Positions 16,979-25,700 of a stretch of DNA of 39,726 nt are shown here, piece after piece (position 1 is the stretch's first letter; each line of letters starts with the position of its first letter). The stretch lies in IMG/VR virus record IMGVR_UViG_3300032295_002428, positions 1 to 39,726 of that record. One strand, written 5' to 3'. A model generated the notes under the pieces. That model made no database searches. It was given only the letters and a program-made list of their open reading frames with translations, and was not told where the DNA came from. The position numbers and the translations under genes were made by a program. This stretch comes from a virus. Its lineage: Duplodnaviria > Caudoviricetes.

Positions 16979-19663
16979 ATGGCAAAACTCAGCACTGGTG
17001 CGTCCTACGGGGACACCAATCAACAGACATCGCAGCGACTGGTTGGCGGTGCCGAGCAGATGGCGTCCGGTGGGGAGCTCGCTCAACGGGCCATCCAGAC
17101 GGCGGCCATTCAACCGGTAGCTGCACCCGTCAACACCTACCAGCAGGTCGGTGCTCCAACGCTGGGAGGGCCAGTCAAGTTTTTTGCCCCTCCAGATCTG
17201 CCAGCACCAAGCCAAGACCTGGCCAACCTCGCCAAGTCATTGGGTGGGTTCAGCACTGCGTTGGGAGACCTCGGAGACTTCTACGCCAAGAAGCAGGAGT
17301 ACGACCAGCAGAAGGCTGACATCGAGAGCCAGCAGGCAGCACAGGCCCTGTCGGTTGCTTTCCCGGGCCAGCAGCTGGCACAGGTCAGGGACTCCCTGTA
17401 CCGGCAAGCTGCAGCTGGTGACGCTGATGCCAGGTCGAAGTATGAGTACCTGCAGGCAATGAGTCCGATGACTCTTGCTTTCGTGCAGCGCAACCTGGCT
17501 CGAGCCGTCTATCGCCAAGCACTGGCCTCTGCACCAAGCAAGTGGGAGCAAACGGCTGAGGTGCCAGGCCCAGATGGCAAACCGATCTCGGTAACAAGCC
17601 TGCGCCCCGGGGATCCGCTGCTTACACAGGCGTGGAGCAGCTTGCTGCCAACCATCAATGACCCTGTCGTCGCCAAGGAGTTTGAGGCTCAGTCCTACGG
17701 CTTGCTGACTCAGCTCAGTGCAGCGCACAACAAGATCGTCATTGCTGAGGACAAGCGCAATGCCATGGCAACCATGGGCAAAATCTCCCAGCAAATCGTC
17801 AATCCGGCCATGTCGGAAGTGGAGGCGCTGGCCATTATGGATGGCACGCTCAAGGACGCCAGACAGGCTCTTGGCCCTGAAGGCTATCAAGAACTGGTGC
17901 AGTCAATCCAACCGATGCTCCTTGCGTCTGGAGCTTTTTACAACAAAGAAGGTATTGATCCACGAGTTGGACAAAGGATTGAAGTTCTAATCAAGAAAGG
18001 AATTGCCGGGGCAAACGGTCAAACCATCAGTGATCGCCTTGGGGAGAAAGGTGGAGATGCTGCCACTCTTGAGATTGTCAGGACACAGCTAAGCAACTCA
18101 GCCGTGTTCAGAGATACCGTTCAGCAAACGGCTGACATGGAAGGCAAGAACATTGCCACGCAACTCTTTGAAAGCCTTGACCTGAGAAACCCCAATCTTT
18201 CGCCAACAGAAAGAAGGAGCCGGGTTGACCAAGGGAGGCAGTCAATTGCAACATTGATCGAAGATCCTGCTACAAGGCTTGCTGCCTCTTCCTACCTTGA
18301 TCGACTTATTTCTCCAGTCGAGGATGCGTTCACCAAGCCACGGGAACGGGAGTTGCAAATACAAGCACAGGATATTGCGTACAACACTGGATTGACAGCA
18401 GAACAAAAGAGAGCCGGATTGAACTCCTTGGTTCAGCAAGGGCTTGATCCTCTCAAGGCACAACCTTACTTCCAAGACATTGCCGCTGATCTCAAAAGAG
18501 AGAATGCACCGTATGTGGAATTCCGAGATAAAAGCATCAAAGACTTAGTGACTCAACTCACCGATTCACTTACGGCGTCAGAAGGTGGCTTGAATAACGA
18601 AGAGCGTTCACAGATCAACAAATACAGAAGAGGCTTGCAGGAGGATGTCGCACAACTGGAGCGTGCTGGTAGAGCAAAAGGGCTTTCGCCAGATCAAATC
18701 AGGGACAACATTGATGTGTATCTCAAGCGCAAAAGCACTGATCTCACAACAGGCTTAGCCGAGAGGGCCAGGCAGTCATACGTTCCCGTTGTGCCCAACA
18801 TCGGGACATACTCGTCTGGCCCGACAATGAAGCAGCGGTTGACGTCTTCAGTGACGAGTCAGCCAATCCTGCCGGAAGCAGTGTTCCTCAAAGAACTGGA
18901 TGACGCTGCCAGAAGCAACACGATCTCCCCAAACATGAGGCAGATCATCAAGGACAGCGGTTACGCAGGAAGAGCTGGCGACTTTTTCAAAGCTCAGTGG
19001 AAGACCATCTACAAGGACGGTCGAGCAATTCCGCAAAGCATCATGGATCGCCTTGATTCAATGAATCAGCACACGGTCAGTTTTGCTGCTCCAAACGTCA
19101 GGCCACAGATGGGTCCATCCCCGCAAGCCACACACGTCAATGACGTCGCCAGCCTGCTTAGGGGAATGGCCAACCAGACAGTGAACGCCTTGATTGGTGG
19201 AGCATCTGCAGCGCCCATGGAGGCAGGTGGTGCTCCTTTCAGTGGCAATCCATCTGGAGAGGTTGGCCGCTTCCGTCGGGCAATCATTGGACAAGAGTCC
19301 GGTGGCAATTATGGTGCTGTCAATCCAGACTCAGGAGCACTTGGCATTGGTCAAGTGATGCCTGAAAATGTTCCCTCGTGGAGCAGAAAGTATCTGGGGC
19401 GATCCATTACACCCGAGCAATTCCTTCAAGACCGAAACGCACAAGACACCATCATCAACGGTCGCTTTAATGACATGCTGGCAGATCAAAGAAAAGCGGG
19501 TTTCTCTGGTGAAATGCTTGTTCGCCGCGCTGCGTCTGTCTGGTATTCAGGCGATGCAAGCAAATGGAATAACACAAGGAGGCAACGCTACAAGGGACGT
19601 GAGTACCCCTCAATTGCTGAGTACACAAAAAACATTTGGGATTCGTACCGACGAAACCCTTGA
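16979..19663 (+). CDS. internal virion protein C (gp15-like) with C-terminal lytic transglycosylase domain
   Basis: P.AAPVNTY N-terminus; C-terminal AIIGQESGGNY...GALGIGQVMP...WYSG lysozyme-like motifs (~19265-19660). Confidence 0.8.
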   Translation: MAKLSTGASYGDTNQQTSQRLVGGAEQMASGGELAQRAIQTAAIQPVAAPVNTYQQVGAPTLGGPVKFFAPPDLPAPSQDLANLAKSLGGFSTALGDLGDFYAKKQEYDQQKADIESQQAAQALSVAFPGQQLAQVRDSLYRQAAAGDADARSKYEYLQAMSPMTLAFVQRNLARAVYRQALASAPSKWEQTAEVPGPDGKPISVTSLRPGDPLLTQAWSSLLPTINDPVVAKEFEAQSYGLLTQLSAAHNKIVIAEDKRNAMATMGKISQQIVNPAMSEVEALAIMDGTLKDARQALGPEGYQELVQSIQPMLLASGAFYNKEGIDPRVGQRIEVLIKKGIAGANGQTISDRLGEKGGDAATLEIVRTQLSNSAVFRDTVQQTADMEGKNIATQLFESLDLRNPNLSPTERRSRVDQGRQSIATLIEDPATRLAASSYLDRLISPVEDAFTKPRERELQIQAQDIAYNTGLTAEQKRAGLNSLVQQGLDPLKAQPYFQDIAADLKRENAPYVEFRDKSIKDLVTQLTDSLTASEGGLNNEERSQINKYRRGLQEDVAQLERAGRAKGLSPDQIRDNIDVYLKRKSTDLTTGLAERARQSYVPVVPNIGTYSSGPTMKQRLTSSVTSQPILPEAVFLKELDDAARSNTISPNMRQIIKDSGYAGRAGDFFKAQWKTIYKDGRAIPQSIMDRLDSMNQHTVSFAAPNVRPQMGPSPQATHVNDVASLLRGMANQTVNALIGGASAAPMEAGGAPFSGNPSGEVGRFRRAIIGQESGGNYGAVNPDSGALGIGQVMPENVPSWSRKYLGRSITPEQFLQDRNAQDTIINGRFNDMLADQRKAGFSGEMLVRRAASVWYSGDASKWNNTRRQRYKGREYPSIAEYTKNIWDSYRRNP

Positions 19664-19708
19664 TACCGTTTGAAGCAACAGCGCACCATCCACAAGAGGA
19701 GTTGATCC

Positions 19709-22700
19709 ATGCCCGGTTTTGCATTCCAGAAAGGTCCGGACGGCAAGTACGTCAGCACCTATGACGGCCCCGTCTACCAGGGGAACGCTCCCCTTGGGAC
19801 CACGGGTGCTGCTCCTGTGACTGGAGCGCGACGCATGGAAGACGACGGAAGGTTGGTTCAGCGAGCCCTTACAAACGTTGTGCCCATCCTTGGAGCACAA
19901 GTGCCAATGGTGGCAGGTGGGATCAAGGGGATTCAAACCCTGATGCAAACAGGCGATCCAACCAAGGCGTGGAACGCAGGGGCAGCGGAAACGGCGGCCA
20001 TCCTCAAACCAATTTCGGGAATGCCAGAAGGCCCTGGAATGCTTTGGGCAAGGACTCACTACAACGCAAGCCGAAACCTTACCCAAAGCGTCCTTGGCAA
20101 CCTGCCTGCAGCAGGAAGCCGGAAGCCGGGCCAAGCCGACTCTCCCATGCTTGGCTTCATCCCTCCGCTTCCAAAGGTCAAGAGCAGCGGTGGTATCGAG
20201 GACTTTGCAACCGGCCTGGTGCAAACAGGCATGGGTGTTGCTGCGAGTGCTCTTGCTCTGCGGGCTGGTGGTGCATTGCTTACGCCACTGGTGGCTGCAG
20301 CGCCTGGAGGGACTGCTGTTCTACAGGGCCTTGGTGCTGCCAGCCGCCTTCCGGCAACACTCCGGACGGCAGCAACAGCAGTCCAAGGTATCGGTGGCCC
20401 CAGCGGTGCCTTGAACACTGCAGCGAACATCGCTCGCGTTGGGCAGATCGCAACCGAAGGTGCTGCAATTGGAGCTCTGACCAACTACGCCGCCTTCACC
20501 CCCGAGGAGAAGACACAGGCTGATGAGTGGCTGGGTTGGGCCAAGGGATCGAACTGGCTCCCGCTGCAGGAGTACATCTTCAGCAAGCCGGGTGACACGG
20601 AAGCAGATGCCAGGTGGAAGAACGCCGTCTTCAACCTGCCCATCGACGCCACCATGAACCTCGGGATTCATGCCCTTGGCATTGCGGCGAAAGCGGCCAT
20701 CAGCAGGATTCCCAGGTCTGCCCTTGGCCAAGCAGGTCAACCAGCACCGCAGCGTCCACAACCCGGTGTCCCTGCCGGACAACAGACCGTTGACGTCACT
20801 GCTCAACCGGTCAAGGAGCCTGCGCCGACTGCTGAAGCTCCCCCTGCTGTCGTAACTCCTGCTGACGTCAACAAGGCAGTCGACAACGCAGCCACCAAGC
20901 TCGCCCACATCAGCACGACCGTTCACCCGGAGATGGGTCCGGTCACCCCAGAGAACCGGGGTGCATGGTTGCCGTCGTTCAATCAGGTGCGGGAGATGCC
21001 CGTCTCCGAGATTGCAACCGATCCCAAGCGTCTGCAGTCCAAGGCTGCCGGTCAAGCTACAGAGACCGGCGTCACTGGATCCCTGGAGGGTGTCGACGTC
21101 TACAACCCGTTGATGGGTAAGCCCATCAGTGTCTGGCAGGATCCGACTGACGGCAAGATGTACGTCGTCAACGGTCACAACCAACTCGATCTGGCCAAGC
21201 GATCTGGCATTGACAACGTCCTGACGTGGCAGATCGAAGCAGCAACCGCTGAGGAAGCTCGAGCCATCGGCGCCTTGGAGAACATGGGCCAAGGCAGTGG
21301 CACTGCCATTGATGCCGCCAAGGTGATCCGTGAGATGGGCTACAGCCCAGAAGAGATCAAGGCCCGTGGCATCGATCTGCAGGGACCGGTCACCCGGGAT
21401 GCCATTGCCCTGTCTCGCCTTCCCCAGGCCACCTTCAACAAGGTGGTGGCTGGCAAGCTTGACCTCGACAAGGCCATCGCTCTGGGCAGCAAGGAGCCGA
21501 CTCCTGCTGCACCCGTGGTTCAGGCAGCTCCTGCTACTCCTGCGTCATTGGAACGGCAATTTGCCAACAACCCTGTTGCCCGAGTTCTTGAAGCCCAAGG
21601 CTTTACGCCACGTCAGCCTGAGTTCTTCAATCATCCTGCGTTTGACAAGGCTTGGGAAATTGGCGCCGAATGGGTTGGGGGCAAATACCGTGGCGATGCG
21701 TTAGAAGCGTTGAAAAAGCGAAAGTCAGAATTATCTCCTGAGCAATTTGAGCAGCGGGCGAACTTGGCTACGTTTTTTGAAATTACTCAGCGTTTCTCCC
21801 CCCAAAATTTAGACGATGAAGCTAATAAGTTTTTGAATTGGTATCAAAGTCCGCAACGGGTAGCGGCTGAACGGGATCTTCCATTGACAGTGGCGCAACG
21901 CCAGCTTGAGGATCTTTACGCGGCTGCCTCCGAAACCCCGACGCCAGCAGCTTCTGCTGCTTCCATGGAGTTCACCATGCCGGTGGAACTGAGCAAGTCA
22001 GCTCCCCGCTACGGCCGAGCCACGATCCAATTTGCCAGTGACTTGGACCGTGCCGCCTACGTCCTTGCCAATGACGCAAGGAACAGGCTGGCAGGGAAGC
22101 CATCATCCAAGGCAGCGGAGAAGTTTCGCACTGCACTTGAGCAGGCTGGGTTTGATCCAATTGATGTTGCCATCCACGGAAGGGAAAAGGTCATTCCCGC
22201 CATCAAGGAAGCAGCTGGTGGTGGAGCTGCACCGCAAACAGCAATGGACCTGCAGATTGCAGCGCAGCAATTTGTGTCACGCAAGGCACCTGCTGAAGTT
22301 CCCGCACTTGGGACACCCGCAGCCCCCACCGAGGTTCGCCTGTATCGAGGTGTTCCAGCTGGCAGGGAAGGAGGTTCCACGGTTGGAGATGCCTTGTTCA
22401 TGTCACCAGACAAGGCCGTTGCTGAGTCTTATGCCGGTGAAGGTGGAACGGTTTCAGAGGCCGTTGTCCAGTTCCAGAACTTACTCAAAACCCAGAACTG
22501 GATGGAAGCCAAGGCAGCTCTTGGCTTAAACAAAAGTGCTTCCATGGATGAATTGATTCGCGCAGCTCGAGCAGCCGGGCACGACGGATTGAGTTTCACC
22601 ACCACAAACGGAGAAGAGTACATCCAGATCAACAAAGCCCCTGCGGCTTTGGCCGAGCCACAAGCGATCACGCCAGAGGTGCTGGGTCCCGGCGAAATGC

Positions 22701-25700
22701 CGCAGCGGGTATCGGATACCCCGATCGCAGACCGCTTTGCGGAACAGATTGCCAAGATTGCCGAAACCGATGCGCGGATGTTCCGCACGATCGGCGAACT
22801 GACCAGCCTCACTCGGAAAGCAATTGACGAGCTCAGTGGCGTTACTACTCCTGCCGCCGATGTCACGGTGATTTCCCTGGAGGAGACGTCACCCACGACG
22901 GTCGTCCCTCCAGTGGCAGCACCGGAGATTCAGATCCCACCCGATGCCTCACGTCCCCTTCCCCCGGGCAGCCCAAGGGTCGACACCGTGTCCCAGAGCA
23001 TCTCGAGGTGGCTGGGCATCGGCCAGGAAGAAGCTCGCAACCTGCTGCTGGCCAAGGGTGAAGTGCTGGATGTCACCAAGATTCCCGGCATGAACCTAGA
23101 GAAAGCTCTGGATGATAAGTACAAGGACTTCGCGTCACCAGAACTACAAGCAGTCGTCCGTGCCTATCAGCGGTTCTACGGCCCCACCTCACGGCAACAG
23201 CGAAACGAACTGCTTGCCATTGCCGATGCCGTCAATGAAGCAATGCCAAACGAGCTGCCAGATCACCTATCCGTAAGCCCTGAATTGGCGCAGTCCGCCA
23301 TGGATTTGATCACGGCAACTGTGCGGCAGATCGCTGGCGATGATGTTGCTATCAAGTTCATCATGGGCGCCAAGCAACAAGTCGATACATATGGCACCCA
23401 TGGTCAACCTGGAAGAACAATTGAAGTCGGAGGAAGTTATAACTTTAATCAGGAAGGGATTCTTCACGGAGATCCACTTAAAGAAATCGTGGATTTCACT
23501 CGCATAGGGCTGATAAGGCGGGACGAAACAAGAGAAGATTACTTAATCAGAAACATGATGACAGCTGCTCATGAATCCTTCCACAATCTTCAGCTTCGCT
23601 ACCTGTCAAGCAAGCAGCTGAGGGTATTGAACACAGTGTTTGCAAAAACAAAGCTGGCTTTAAATCGTGCAAATCGTGTTCGCAAAGGTGATATTCCAGT
23701 TGAAAAACAAGCGCAGGGATTTGGAGCGTACGTTGAGGGAGAACTAAGAGGTGTTGATCCAACTCTCAATATGTTCATGGAAATCGACAAAGCCGACATT
23801 GATCAAATCAAAGAATGGATGGCAGGCCCGGATGTGATTGAAAAGGTGCTTGCGACTCCAGTCAATACATTCATTGAAGCAATCAAAATTGCAGACAACC
23901 TCACTGACTTTGTTGAAAAGGTCTACAACTCTATTCGCGGACGTGGATGGACGTCCATCCGTGACATCTTTGCCCAAGCAGCTGCTGGTGACATCAAGAC
24001 CATGGGCGTGAACCGTGGCCACGTCTTTGAGTTCAACGATCTTCCTGGCACGGTTACTGACTTCATGAGCGCACAAAACGGAGACAAGGAATGGATCCGC
24101 AGGATTGACGCATTGAGGTCGCAAATGCTGAAGGAAGGAAAGATGCCATGGCAAGACCTGTTTGACATGGCTCGAGCTGGCGAGCTTTTCAGCGAAGCAG
24201 ACCAGTCCATCACTGGCATGGGTGGCAGTCTTTACAGCAAGGTGCCCGAGGAATCTGGCCCTGCTCGTCCATCCCTGCCCAATGGCCCAGAGAACCCAAG
24301 CTGGGCTACCGATTTTGCCCGGCTCCTTGATCAATACCAGAACCAGCTGGCTTCCGGTGAAATCACCATGGAGGAGCTCTACGTCCTTAACCGCACCCAA
24401 AAGACGGAGAGCCCATCAGGGAGCCAGGTCTACACAGCAGACAGTCAAGAGCTGATCCCGGGCTATGCCGCCATGGGTCAACTCCTTGGCGACCGTCCGA
24501 CGTTCACCGGGTATCCAGTCCGCAATCCAGAGGAGACCGTCAAGAACAACCAGGCGTGGTTCGACACACGTCAGATCAATGGGTTCAACGGAGGACAGGT
24601 TCTGGCTGGCCTGGATGCCATCACCAATGGCTTCAGGGCACACGAGCACGGAGCCTTGAACAGGGCGATGGCCTATGCGGACTTCCTCCAGAAGGAGGCC
24701 CAGATCCAAGCTGCTCTGTGGTTGAACAGTGCCAACAGTGGCACCAGCAACAAATCAGAGCGACTGGCAACACTGATCACGGCAGTCGACAAGGCCCGCC
24801 GGATGCACTTGGCAATCGCCAACGTGACCCGTCCTTGGGGTCAGATGGGCCTCGAGATGCAACTGCCCCGGAACTACGAGATCCCAACCAACGTCGTTGA
24901 GAAAGCCGCCCCCACCACGTCGATCGTTGATCAAGCGATCATGGAGGAGTTGGCCAAAGGGGATGCCAACCCCAACGGTGCGTTTGAAAACATCACCGAC
25001 GTCCTCGATCCAGAGCTGACTCATGCCGCCAAGGGTGGTGAGATCACGGTGCAGGCAGAAGCAGCAGCTGATGCCTTGGCTGATTTCGTCAACAGCGGTG
25101 GGGTCGATCCGGCCATTCGGACCCAGACGTGGCAAGACCTGGAGAGCATCAACAATGCCAAGCCTGGCGTGGCAGCCCGGACCGGTCCTTCCGGTGAGAA
25201 CCCCCTGCAGATGCTGCGGGTCAACAACCTGATCTCGTCCGGCATCACAACAGGCACCAACTTGACCAATGCACTGTTCAACATTGCTCGCCTGAGTGCT
25301 GCTCAGGGTGTTGGTGCCTTCGTCAGCGGTGACATGGATCGGGTGATGTACAGCGTCTTCATGCTGAACACGTTCCTTCAGAACATTGACAACGCCTTCC
25401 GTCTTGGCACTCATGCCATCCAGTCAGGCAAGCCGTTGTTCAACACAACCTCCGGCGTGCTTGAGCACTACAACTCAATGGCCGCCAAGGATGCACAAGA
25501 GGCACTTGCCACCGCCAATCCAAATGCAAGGACTGGATGGTCACTTACGACAGCTGACATGACTGAGCAGTTTGCAAAGACTACTGCTGGTCAAGTGATC
25601 AACGCTGTCTGGGGAACACTGGGCACTGGAGCTTCCCGCATTGCGGTTGGCCTTGACACCTTCAGTGCCACCTTGTCTGGCCACACCTTTGAGCATTTCA

